64,000 nt of DNA from Lama guanicoe (Eukaryota), in assembly GCA_013239625.1 (NCBI GenBank), contig MU053594.1, positions 336,355-400,354 of the forward strand, written 5' to 3'. Below are positions 51,190 through 63,597 of the stretch, piece by piece. The stretch's first letter is position 1, and each line of letters opens with the position of its first letter. The notes under the pieces are model-generated. The model saw only the letters and a list, made by a program, of their open reading frames with translations, made no database searches and was not told the origin of the DNA. Position numbers and translations under genes: made by a program.

Positions 51190-51922
51190 GTGAGTGCTGA
51201 GGGTTTCTTTGTACATCCTTCCTACTCACGTGGTCCAGTGATGACCGTGATATGGGGGAAATGATTCTTCCCGGGTGGAAATTGCTGATTTTTACCAAAG
51301 CCCGTAGGGTAGACACTAATGTTTGTCCTTCTTTATCCCCCTTGCCTTTGGTTTTGCCCTCTAAGGCTACAGATCATCATACTAGCCTGCAGCTTTTTAC
51401 TAAAAGGACCGTAACTGTTAACTTTGTTATATAAAGTTATGACCTGTGCTGTAAAATGTATTAAAAAAGGTCAAATCAATCCTTGATATGAACTTGATAG
51501 TATAATATGGATAGACTGAATTTCTGTTGTGCCACTGGGAAAGCTTTTTTGCATTCGTTTGCAAAACTGCACAAGAGAGTTCATTGTTACTTTTATACAA
51601 CTTCAGTACCTTATATACTTCTGTCAGTGGGTATGGGTTACGTATTGAATGTGTCCACATGCATATATTTGCATGTATGACCGCATTAGACTTTCAACTC
51701 CTTAAGCTCAGTGATCATGCCTGTTGTCTTTGTGTCTCCAGAATTTAGGACCATGCTGGGCATATACTTGCACTGAACTAATCTGTTACTTCTTTTAGCA
51801 CATAGCTGACTCTTTGGGGTTGATGAAAAATGTGTTATTCTTGCCTTTGAATGATGGTTGGGTTTAGTGTATTGCTTATCTGATCCAAATGATACAGAAG
51901 TATTTCCTTTTTTTTAAAGTAG

Positions 51923-51999
51923 CAATCCCAGGAGCAAGCCTGAAAATCCAATGGTGCAGCTGTTCTACGGCACTTTCCTCACTGAAGGGGTTCGTGAAG
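51923..51999 (+). CDS. USP28: USP28 exon 9 (NPRSKPENPMVQLFYGTFLTEGVRE)
   Basis: AAG-TAG tandem acceptor (alternative start 51920), AAG|GTAAAT donor, 77 nt. Confidence 0.93.
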
Positions 52000-53113
52000 G
52001 TAAATTCTCTGCTCTAAATGTTAATTCGAGACTTGTAACCACGACTCGGTAACTGTGAAGAGGCTTGATACTTGTTCTGCCTCTTAGTATTTGTGCAATC
52101 GTGGACAAACTATGTGAGATCCTGGGTCCTCGGTCTCTTCATCTGTAAAATGGGCACAGTATTTGTCTCAGAGTTGTTCTATTAAATTGTGTGATACTTG
52201 CACAACCCAAATCTTGTATTAATGTCAGACACACGCTGATGTTATTCAGTTTTCTCTGTGTTGTTTTCTCTGACATAAATCTAATCCCAAGGTGTCGTTG
52301 AGTTAGGTGGCCAAAAATGTTTGTCTTCTGTAGAGGCTTCTCTAAACTACCTGTGGCCAGCCATTCTCCATCTAACCCCTGTCGTCTTACTACTCCTCTA
52401 ATACCCTTTTTAAAACAATCTAATACCACTATCTCTCTAAGAAAATCAAATATCCAATTTGTTTTATAATTTTATAAGTATATAAATATACAATTTTATA
52501 CGAGTGAAAATAAACACAGACTTTCCCATATATATACTTTTTTACAGTTTGTTTTAATCAGGATCCAGATGTGGTTCATTTATGATTGGTTGATATGTCT
52601 CTTAAGTTATTTTCAAAATCTCTCTCCCCCCCATCCTTTCTTCCTTTAGAGATTTTTTTTTTAAGAAATTAGGTTGTATGTTCTCTAATACGCTCCGCAG
52701 TTTAAAATGGTGCTGCTTAAAATGGTGCTGCTTACTCATCTGTGATACGGTTTAACACATTCCTCTCTGCTCCTTTTTCTGTAAATGGGTAGTTAGGTCT
52801 AGAGTTTGACGAGATTCACGTAAGGTTTTTTAAGTCAGTCAAGACTAGTTCACAGGTAGCTGGGCAGTGTTTGATCAGGAGACGTGTAACGTCGTGTAAT
52901 GTCCAGTTGTCTGTCTTTCTGTGCTATTAACAGGTGTTAATGACCTGTGCCCGGCTCCGCTGGTTCCTTAGAAGTTGCTGTACAGGCTGAGAACACTTCT
53001 AACCAGTTCTCAGAGGCGCTGAACTACGAAGATACTGTCTCTGTGGTGCCAGGAAAAAGGCTTTAGAAAGCAGTAGTGATGTCTCTAAAAAAGCAATCTA
53101 TTTCTTTGCCTAG

Positions 53114-53262
53114 GAAAGCCCTTCTGTAACAACGAGACCTTCGGCCAGTATCCCCTTCAGGTAAATGGTTATCGCAACTTAGACGAGTGTTTGGAAGGGG
53201 CCATGGTGGAGGGCGACATTGAGCTGCTTCCTTCTGATCACTCAGTGAAGTATGGACAAGAG
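53114..53262 (+). CDS. USP28: USP28 exon 10 ([19 protein letters not shown]...KYGQE)
   Basis: CCTAG| acceptor, GAG|GTGAGT donor, 149 nt. Confidence 0.97.
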
Positions 53263-55028
53263 GTGAGTTGGGTATTTTTATTTGCTTAGCCAATGACAAA
53301 GCCACTTAAATAGGACAGAGCTTTCGGGCAAGCTGTTTTCACACCACATATTAAATACCTTTACACTTATGAGAACTAGTCTGAAGTCTCTTATGAGTTG
53401 AGAAGTATTAGTGAGTCTTAATGTTTGAGAAATATATTCTCATATGAATTTGAGTTAATCGCATAAAGGTTGTGTGCTGCTTCTGATGTTTTAAGTATGA
53501 TCAAGTTTCTTTGTTTCTGTTGAAGCCTACCTGTACCTGGGTAGGGAGAACCCACTGCCTCCATATTTTCAGAGGATAAAAGTGCAGTGATTACCTTCTC
53601 TGGTATGCCATTTAGAATATTTTCCCTATTACAGTATTTGCTATTCTCAGTTGTAAAGTCTGCCTTTGCTTTAACATTTTTTTTAAATCTAGGATTCATT
53701 TATTTTTGTTGGTTGGAAAGAAAGTGGGAAGTTAGAGGGGGAGAGAGCAACGGTAATTAATACCTCAAAATTTGGATTGAGTTAAGAATTAGTGAGTTAC
53801 ATTGAAGGATAGTTGTCAGCACCACACAGCTTGGATCATTCTCCTTTCATCATACGTTTTGAAACAGAATTGCGTTTTATATGAGTCCAATTCAGTGATT
53901 ACTATAAGGGAAAGGAAATCTTTCTTGAATTAAAATAGAGAGCCTAACATGAGCCTCGTCAAAGTGCATTAGCTGCAGAGCAGGATTGGACCTGGGAGAC
54001 AGCTGCCGCCTGCCTGGCTTTTCAGGGGAAGTACTGATTCCTGATTGGGAGACATAACATGTGTGCCATCTGTTCGGAGCTGGTGATCGCTCTTACAAAA
54101 GAAGAGACATGTTCACTAGTTACTAAGACCCCTGGAGACCTTTATTCAAGAATGGGAACTCTATTAAAAAACAAAACAGAGAATTATGCCTGTTTAGATT
54201 TAGCCCTGAGGTAGGCAGGCTGTCTGGATTCACCTCATGCTGACAAGGGTGTGGAGGGAACGGAGCTGTTTGCACCTTTGGTAAAGGAAACATTGCCAGG
54301 CTGTTCATACAGGTGGCATACAGGTGAAGTGAACAGAAATGCCTTTTCTGCTTTAGCATTTCCTCATCTGTGATCAGTGACAATTGAGCGCTCTTTTATA
54401 ACTTGATGCTTTCTTTTCCTGAAACTCAAGGTAACATTATAGGTGGATTTGGCTAAGTCCTTTATGAGATCTGGAAATTCTTGGAATTCAGGGATATTCT
54501 CAGCAACTTGAGAACTCATAATTATGAGGCTATTTCAAGTTTCCTTTTTTAAAAAATTGGGGATTCAAATTATGGTTACTGGACTTTAAATAGTATGTAA
54601 TATTATGTATACATATTAGTGTTTTTAGATAATTTCTAATTCTTTGGTTAGGCTAGCCATTTTCTGCAGGGTTTGAACCTCTTTGGAATACTGATGATCC
54701 AGTGAATGATATGTAGATTCTTGGTGCATTTCACATATTTAAGTGTTGTTATTTCTGAGGATGATAGTTGAGTTAAAATGTTGTTGACTGGCTCGTAAAT
54801 TTGGAATCTTGAGGAGTGTTTAACCATATTCTCTAAGAAGGAATGATTCTAAGTGGTCATTTTATTATTTGAGATTGAAAAAAAAAAACCTCTGTAGTAT
54901 GACTTTGATTTGAATATAAATTCTATACCAAAAGAAGAAAGTCTGATGAGGGACATATTAAATCTGGCTGGCATATTACATTTCCTAAAATTAACTTCTC
55001 TCTCCCGCATTTCTACTCCTGACAATAG

Positions 55029-55156
55029 CGTTGGTTTACGAAGCTACCTCCAGTGTTAACCTTTGAACTCTCAAGATTTGAGTTCAATCAGTCCCTTGGT
55101 CAGCCAGAGAAGATTCACAATAAGCTGGAATTTCCTCAGATCATCTATATGGACAG
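55029..55156 (+). CDS. USP28: USP28 exon 11 ([19 protein letters not shown]...FPQIIYMD)
   Basis: USP LPxxL..LxRF motif; AATAG| acceptor, CAG|GTGAGT donor, 128 nt. Confidence 0.97.
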
Positions 55157-55509
55157 GTGAGTTTGGTGCTTGATTGGCTTCTTGACATACTGCAGCAGTA
55201 GAAGTGAGCATGTACTAAGCGTGTGGTACATAGGGCTCTCCTGGAGGTCTTGATACTGTGGAAATTGGGATTCAGTAGATCTAGGTTGGGGCCAAAGAGT
55301 TTGCATGTCTAAGAAGCTCTCAGGGTGATGCTAATGATGCTTCTGATCTCTGGACCACAATTTGAGTAGGTTGGCTTTGGTAAAAGCCCTGCTAATCTGT
55401 GCTGATAAACAGTATGAAGAGTAGCTGCAGTGTATTCATTTCTCATCTAAATACTGTTTGTACTCTGGAAAAAAAAATTCTAGGCAGACTTAATAGAGTT
55501 TTAATCTAT

Positions 55510-57665
55510 TTAAAGTCTAGTTTATTGACATATAGTTTACATAAAAAGAAATGTTGCCGTTCTTAGGCATATAGCCAGTGAGTTTTGACGAATGTTAACA
55601 GCCAAGTAACCACCATCACAGTCAAGATAGAGAACATTTCCATCACCCAGGAAGTTCCCTCATGCCCCATTGCGGTCAGGCCCTTTCCCCCAACCCCAGG
55701 CAACCACTTTCTTGTTTTCTGGCCCTGTGGTTTTGTCACTTCTAGAATGTCATAGTTAGGGACATTAATACTCAGTATGAACCCTGTTGTGGCCGTCTTC
55801 TTCCACTTGGAATAATGTTTTTGGAGTCCATCAGTGTCGTTGAGTGTCAGAGCAGCCTTTCTTAGCTGTTGAGTGGTGTTACAGCGAATGGATGTGCTAC
55901 AGTGTTTTTTCCATTTACCAATTGATGGACATTTCAGCTGTCTCCACTTTTAAGCTGTTACGAATAAAGCTGCTGTGAACTTTCACATAAAAGTCTTGGT
56001 GTGGTTTTTAGTGCTTCTGGGTAAAATACCTAGGAGTGAGATTGCTGGGTCGTATGAAAAGTATATTTTTTTACTTTATAAGAAATTTCCAAACTGGTCT
56101 CTAACGTGGCTGTGCAATTTTGCACTCTTATCAGCGGTGTGTGAGAGCTCTGCTTGCTCGAAATCCTCACCAGTATTTGGAATTACCAGTCTTTTAAATT
56201 TTAACCATTCTATTTGGTCTGTAGGAATATCTTATTTTTCTTTTGACTTATGTTTCCCTGATAATTTACAGTGTTGGGCATCTTTTCATGTGCTTAATTA
56301 ATGGTGATTTGTCTATTTTCTTAGGCGAAGTGTCTGTTCATCTTTTATGCGCTTTTTAATCTGGTTGTGCTTGTACTAATTCTAAGAGTTCTTTGTGTAT
56401 TTTAGATGCAAATCCAAATAGTCCCTGTCTCTGCTTGTCTCTTCCACTTTCTTACCAGTGTTTTTCGAGGAGCAGGAGTTTTTAGTTTCGATGAAGTCTA
56501 ATGTATCAGTTGCTCTTCTGTAGTTTCTGCTTCTTGTGTTCTAATTAAGAAATCTGCCAAACCAGGGTCACAAAAGTTTTCTGTTTTCTCCTATAAATTT
56601 TGTAATTTTAACTCTTGTATTCATGTCTGTGACCCATTTTGAGTTCATTTTTACGTATAGTATGAGGTAAGGGGATTTTTTTTTTTTTTGCAGGAGTGGG
56701 AAAGGAGGCATGTGGATGTCCAGTTATTCCAGTGCCATTCACTGAAAGGACTCTCTTTTCCCCCAATGAATTTTTTTTTTTCAAAAATAAATTGAACCTA
56801 CATCTGCGGGCCTTTTCTTTATACTGTCTGTTGTGTAATCTTACGCCAGTGCTACACTGTCTTGGCTACTGTGATATTATTGTACTATCTTGACATCAGA
56901 TAGTGTAAACCTCAAATTTTGTTCTTTTTTCAAAATTGTTTTGGTTATTCTGGTCCACTTCTGTCTAAATATTAGAATCAACTTGTCAAAACTCCTAATA
57001 GCTATTGGGATTTTGATTTGGATTGTGTTGAACCTATAGATCAATTGGGGGAAACTGACATCTTAATAATAGTCCTTTAATTCATGAACACAGTATTGCT
57101 CCGTTTATTTAAGTCCTTGTTAATTTCTCTCAACCGGGATTTATAATTTTTGGTGTGAGGGTCTTCCACATATCTGGTTGTTTATCCCTAAATAATTATT
57201 GCTTTTGATGTTACTACAAGATTCTTAAAAAAAACTTTACTTTTCATTTCTTCTTTACAAGCATACAGGAATGCACTGGATTTTTTCCTCTTTCTTTTTA
57301 AATTGACTTTGCATCTTTTGACCTTACTAAATTCACTTATTCCGATGCATTTTTGGAGATTCCTTGAGATTTCCTATATAGATGATCTTTGCATGTTATT
57401 TACATCTAAAGGCAGTTTTACTTCTTCCTTTACTACCTGTATGACTTTAATTTCTTTTTACCTTATTGCACTGGCTATGGCTCCAGTAAAACATTGACTG
57501 GAAGAGGCAAGAGTGGTTATCCTTGCGTTGTTCCTGATCTTAAGGGGAAAGCTTTCAGTCTCTCACCATTAAATATGATGTTAGTTCTGTGCTTTCAAAG
57601 ATGTCATTTGTCTGATTAAGGCAGTTTCCTTGTACCCCAAGTTTGCTGAAACTTTGTGTCATTAA
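55510..57665 (-). mobile_element. Old antisense L1 filling most of intron 11
   Basis: L1 3' UTR and ORF2 remnants (GAACATTTCCATCACCC..., AAATACCTAGGAGTG, TTGTTCCTGATCTTAAGGGGAAAGCTTTCAGTC). Confidence 0.8.
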
Positions 57666-57710
57666 CGTTTTTAAATATAAATTGTGTTTGCGGGATTATC
57701 ATTTGCTTAG

Positions 57711-57806
57711 GTACATGTACAGGAGCAAAGAGCTTATTCGAAGTAAGAGAGAGTGTATTCGAAAGTTGAAAGAGGAAATAAAAGTTCTGCAGCAGAAGCT
57801 GGAAAG
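57711..57806 (+). CDS. USP28: USP28 exon 12 (YMYRSKELIRSKRECIRKLKEEIKVLQQKLE; coiled-coil insertion)
   Basis: CTTAG| acceptor, AAG|GTGAGT donor, 96 nt. Confidence 0.97.
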
Positions 57807-59608
57807 GTGAGTCGTGGACACCTTCGTATTTAGAAATGTGAAAGGTAAGAGTGAGTCATTAAAATCAGATAATTTGCTCATATTTAAAAAAATAATTCAG
57901 AGTTTAAGCATTAACATGTATTTTATAAAATAGCTAAGAAAAAATTATTCCTAAGTGTGAAGCAGTCGTCTTTAAGATGAGCAAATTGTGTCCTTGGGCG
58001 CTATTCCCCGGGGGACCCTCATGACCCAGTCCCTCAGTCGGTTGTCGGCGGTGCACTGAAGACAACCTAAGTTCTGCTTTCATAGCCCTTTACCTTTTCT
58101 ACCCACCTTGCCGCCTTTTCCCACAAACACGGGAGAGGTAGCTGTCACAAAACTCCAACCCCTTTGTCTTGGGAGAGCAGTTGTTGAGGTGCTGGGGAGG
58201 TAAGACAGCGGTGTTCTCCTGGAGCAGCGCCCATTCATACTGAGGCCTTGTGCTCCTGACACGTCCAAAGCCCTTTCTCCTGCAGGGGAATCTGTCCCTT
58301 TTTGTTCACTTGTTTTGCAGGGGCTGTTTCTGTGGAATCACCCTGTGCCTACTAAGGAGTCCGTGTCATTTCTCTCTAGTCAGGGGAGAGCCTGTTGATT
58401 TGGAATTTAGGAAGGAATTCCCATCCAGTGTCAATGGCTTTTTTCCGCTTTATCTGCTTAACAGTTTTGCTGCCTCACTGCACCGCTTCTACCCGCTTCG
58501 TTGCTAGGTCAGAAACTTCCCTGAGAAGCAGAACTTCCCACAGCAGCCCCAGAAAGACCCTGCACCTGTAGGTGCCTCTCCCCTTAAAGATCCAGCATCT
58601 AGTTACCTTTGACCTGCGCTGATGATCGGTCCCTCAGATGCTGTCCTGGAGGAAATTCACAGGGCTTTATACTTGCAGCAGTATTTTACTTTTAAGGTCT
58701 GAGTGATACTTCGTAAGATTGGAAAATTTCAATTGTTTTTATACAACCAGATATACCCAATGCATATAGCTCAAAGACGCTCAATTTGCCAGGAACCATC
58801 AAGCCATTCTGGCTTATATTAGATTTTAAAATAGTGCACAGGAGCATTTTCTATACTCTGGATACTACTTCTTTATAAAATAAAATGACTTTTTAAATTT
58901 CAGATAATTTTACTTGGGTAATTTTTTAAAAAGTGGTTTCCCTGTGTATGACATCATCCTGGGAATAATAACAAGAAACTGTTCGTGGACACTGTTAGAC
59001 GGGAGAGCTGAGGCAGAGGAGCATGGCTTTTATGGGGCTTTTACACTTTTTTGTATTTGGATTTTCTTACCAGGTACCTGCATTGCTTCTATCATTTAAA
59101 AAAATTAAAATGTTCACTATTTCTTCTGTAAGGTACTTTGATATAATATTGAAAATAAGGTTTCTTGTATACAGTGTAGACATCTTTTTTAGAACTACTT
59201 TTGCTTTGATTCTACCAAATTGTACTAAAGGTACTGCACTGTATGAAGTAGTTGGTCCGAAGGAATTCAGTAGAACAGGAAAATGATTGTGTCACAAAAT
59301 GGAAGATAAGTTTTTTAGAGAAAATTTTTTCCTGAAATTTTGCATATGTCATTAAAATACAACAAACCTGGGAAGAGTTACAGCTGTAAAATGATGACTT
59401 ACAATCTTACGACAGATAATCAATGTTGCATTGCTAATAAAATGTTTTCTTTTAGTCCAAGCCAGTAATATTAATAAATTATTTCAACAAACACTGTGGG
59501 CTTAAGACATACTAACCGTATCTATGGGATAGGCAAGAGGTTTAGATCGTGTCCTGTAGGAGAGGGGAGATGTTCCTTCCAGCGTTAGGGAGAATGGCAC
59601 ATTGAGGG

Positions 59609-59784
59609 AGGACTTTCTGGAGAAAGTAGATCTTGAAAGATAAGTGGAATTTAGAGAAAATAATAACTGAAATTAAGCCAAAGAAATAGATCTAAGGACT
59701 TTCTGGAGAAAGTAGATCTTGAAAGATAAGTGGAATTTAGAGAAAATAATAACTGAAATTAAGCCAAAGAAATAGATCTAAGGA
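59609..59784. repeat. Perfect 86-bp tandem duplication
   Basis: 59609-59694 is identical to 59695-59780, followed by AGGA. Confidence 0.95.
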
Positions 59785-60398
59785 ATAGAACAGTTCTTTA
59801 AAGTTTCTCTAGCCTTACATATTTAACATCCTTTCCAATGAAAGCTCTAACTCTCTGGCAGGCAGATCCACAGGAAAAATCATTCTGTTTCTCCTTTAAA
59901 TTAGAGAGGATGAAGTCTTTGCTACATACTCTCTAACATGTGGTTGATTTGGGGTCACACTGTATTTTATTTTTCATTTCATAATGCCCTTTTTGATACA
60001 GAAATAGTTTTTCTTCTTCCTAGTTCTGTACCTGTTTCTTTCCTTCACTTTGTTTGGAGAAGAAAAATATGAAGTGACTCCATCCTTTTGTATGTGGAAT
60101 CCCAGAATTAGAGAGTTTACCTGTACCAATGAGTCACCTTAATTACTGTACTATTTAGACTCTCTCCTGTAGTGAAGTGTACAATTCATTAAGGTAAATC
60201 TCTTTACTGAGCATAGCATATGCTAGTACTGGCAGAACACTGGGTATTATGAAAATAATTTATTAGCTATTTTGGTTACATATTGAAGATATTTATTATG
60301 TATTAATCCCAAGGGAACCTTCAATAATTTATACCTGGCCCATGCTTTTAAATGAGTATGTGAATAACAGGGTACGTAGGATTTTGCAGAGGAAAGAT

Positions 60399-60500
60399 TT
60401 GCCAGTTTTCTTTTTTCTTTTTTTTTTTTTTGGTTTTCTATCAATCACATCTTTTTAAATTGAAGTATAGTCGGTTTACAGTCGTGTTGCCAGTTTTCTT
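60399..60500 (-). mobile_element. Ultra-short L1 tail plus extra 20 nt plus poly(A), 14-bp TSD
   Basis: TTGCCAGTTTTCTT at 60399-60412 and 60487-60500; L1 terminus TTTTTAAATTGAAGTATAGTCGGTTTACA. Confidence 0.8.
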
Positions 60501-60969
60501 AAACGCTGACCTTTGTCAACACCTCCTTCCCATTTCCAGCTTTCCCTTTCTCAGTTTTCCTAGTTGCAAAGTACCTGATCTAAAGGGCAGCAGAGAAGAA
60601 ACCCTTGGGACTGGTTCACTAACATTATTTTCAGATTTGAGCACTGATGAAATCTCTTTTCCTTTAAGAAACAGGTCTTACTTTTATCATCAGAGCCTAA
60701 GTGTGATGTGAGTCAGGAGAGAGCGTAAGGGGCCTGACTTTGACTAGGAGCCCCCTTGAAAGGCTTTCTGCCAGGTGTAAAAGTGTAGTGTTATCTCTTC
60801 TCACTTTTGTAATTAGAGGACTTTCGCTCTGGAGATTAACATAGTGAATGTTGCATAGCCTTTAGGAGTAAGCCTTTCCGCTGACTCTCCGCACAATAAC
60901 AGATCTTCTCAGCAAGCCTGCAGATGCAGGACAGGCTTGGCAGCGGAGTACCACTTTCTCACCCCTCAG

Positions 60970-61149
60970 GTACGTGAAGTACGGCTCGGGCCCGGCTCGG
61001 TTCCCGCTCCCGGACATGCTGAAATATGTTATTGAATTTGCTAGCACAAAGCCTGCCTCAGAAAGCTCTCCGTCTCCAAGTGATGCACGCGTGACATCGC
61101 CACTGTCTTCAGCGCACTGCCCGGCGTCTGACCTGACATCCAAGGAAAG
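60970..61149 (+). CDS. USP28: USP28 exon 13 ([27 protein letters not shown]...TSKE)
   Basis: CCTCAG| acceptor, AAG|GTAATG donor, 180 nt. Confidence 0.97.
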
Positions 61150-63022
61150 GTAATGAAGACGAGTTTTAAAAATAGTATGCACGTATTGGGGCTTTTGGTT
61201 TAATTTGAACTGTGCGCTGCCTTTCCACCTGATTGACACTCACCCGCTAAGAGCTCAAGGGCCATGAGCTCTTTGTCTTAAAGGGGAGGATTTTGCCAAC
61301 CGTCACGTGGGGGGAGTGTGCCTTGTCCTGCCCGCAGGATAGTCAGGATTATTTCAAAGGTGTCTTGGGCTGTCCCAGTGAACTGTGTCCGTTCTCTACC
61401 AGGGCCGCTAGTTTTGAGCTAGCCACAAGCCAGCTGCCACTAAGGCCTTTCTCACAGGAAACCCTCCGCCCCTGACCTTCCAAAACATCTCATTCTCTCA
61501 TCTGCTGCTGAAGTATGTTCCACCAGCTAAACATCAAGGAAAGAGAAACTTATTCATAAATGTAAAATTAAAATATGAAAAAGAACTGACTAGAAGTTGA
61601 AGAGGACAGCCTAGAGGGGCTTATCTAGAAAAGAAGCAGGGAGGCCAAGTCACACGAGCCCTTGGTTCTCTCCCAGCTCAGCCACGGGCAGCAACCTTGT
61701 GGTCTGCAGGAGCCACCAGGGTCCGCTCGGATCAGATTTGATGTGTGTGTCTAGAATTTATTTTAAAAAAAGATTATTAGTAATCTTTCAATTACTAATA
61801 AGAAAACTAGCACCTACTTTTTAAAAAAAGGTTATTTAGACTTTTATGTTAAAAAAAAAAAGCCAGCCATTCCCCCAGCACCCCCCCACTCCACAGAATA
61901 ATATTCATTCATCATGTGTGCGTAGCAGTGTGTCTGTCTGAATAGAACATAACACGTGTTAAGAATGATGATCTCTAGGCAATGGCATGAATCAAGCAAT
62001 GGGGGATTCTTTTACTTTTTATACACTACTTATGTGTTTGGATTTTTGTAGAATGTTTTCATGTCCTTTAATGAAATAGAAGTGGTTTCAGTTTTTAAAA
62101 AGAGCCTTGGCAGTCTGTTTAATCACGTAAAATAATACTGCTTGATGTTAGATTTTAAAATTACTCTGTGTGTGTGTGATTTTTTTTTGAGATTAAGATA
62201 TATGCTCCTTTGCTTATATTAGGCTTATTTTTTCATATGTATGGATCCATAGGGAAAAGAGGTTTTCTCCATTATTTTGAGAAAAAGGCAGGTGGGAAAA
62301 ACAGGGACTGAGGGTTTCTTAAGTCAAAGCTACAGAAAGTTTATGTTCTTCCATTTTGGTGTGAAACAGAAACCCAAGTATAGTTAGAAGCTTAGTTTAT
62401 GTTCCTCTTTGTGTGCAGGTTGGCAATGCTTAGCAGATAAATTAACATTTACTTTATTCGCAGTTTACAGCAATGATATAAAGGAGTTAACATTCACATT
62501 TTATAGCTGAGGCATTACACTGGGTGTTTAACTAAGGCATGGTTGAGCTGGGATGGCCTGCCTTTCAGTCCTGCGCCGTGTACTCTTCCCCGGTGCCACC
62601 TGGCTGGTGTTCCTGTGAGATGGATGTTCAGCTGACACTGATTTTTCTTCTGTATATTTTGTTCCTGGATCCATCTAATCTCACTCTAGTCGGTTGCATC
62701 TTGGACACTCTGTAGTTGATTCCTTGGCTCTTCCAGTCCCAGCCTCCTTTTCCATGTTCCTTCTCATCCTTTCTTCATGAAAAGGCATTAGAACAAGGGG
62801 TTAGAGAAGCAGGAGCCATAGACTCTTAAACCCAGGCAGATCTGGGTTCAAGTCCCTCTCTGTCATTTACTAGCTAAGTTCGGCTCAGCACCTTTCCAGA
62901 GTACGCACTAACTGAATTCTGGCTGTACTTTCCCACATAACCGCTTGCCCTGCAGAGCACATTTAGGCCAAGGCATATTTTGGAAATTATCATATGAGCA
63001 TTTTTTTTTTATCTTCCTTCAG

Positions 63023-63243
63023 TACAAATGAGGAGAGCACTTCTCAGGATGCTGAAGGTACCTTTTCCTCTTCGGAAGATTCTTCACACAACTCTAAGAC
63101 AGCAAATAAGCCAGTCACATCTTCCCAGTCTTCCATGGAAATGCCTGCGTACCCGGCTCCTCGAACAGTGACCGACGAGGAGATAAACTTTGTTAAGACC
63201 TGCCTTCAGAGGTGGAGGAGCGAGATTGAACAAGATATACAAG
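63023..63243 (+). CDS. USP28: USP28 exon 14 (TNEESTSQD...PAPRTVTDEEINFVKTCLQRWRSEIEQDIQ); gene continues beyond the window
   Basis: Strong polypyrimidine tract plus CAG acceptor; AAG|GTCGGC donor; 221 nt. Confidence 0.94.
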
Positions 63244-63597
63244 GTCGGCTCCTTCAGTTCTTGTAAACACTTACCCTTTGCCTTTTCTGTTTGTTTGAAT
63301 AATTGGAAGTTCGGCACCTGGGGTACACCTCCTCCCATTGCCATGCAAACTGCTGAATTTAGGCACGGGGCTTGTGACCTCTTCGGTACTTTCTGCTCCC
63401 TATAAGATTGAATCACACGTTTCCATTTTACAGTCGTGAAAAGCTCTCTCCTACATTCTCCTCTCAGAGTTCCTGGGACTCCTGGGGATCTGAGACATCA
63501 TGACACTTACTTACCTTTGAGAGTTTCCTGCATCTACTGATTTTCTTTTCCTAGTTTATCTGAACTCTGGCTTCAGTTGACCCAAATTTGTATATAT

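Noticed and set aside
52702..52734. 15-bp tandem duplication TTAAAATGGTGCTGC (similar small duplication at 43495-43534)
   Set aside because: Ordinary slippage events inside old repeats; no functional indication
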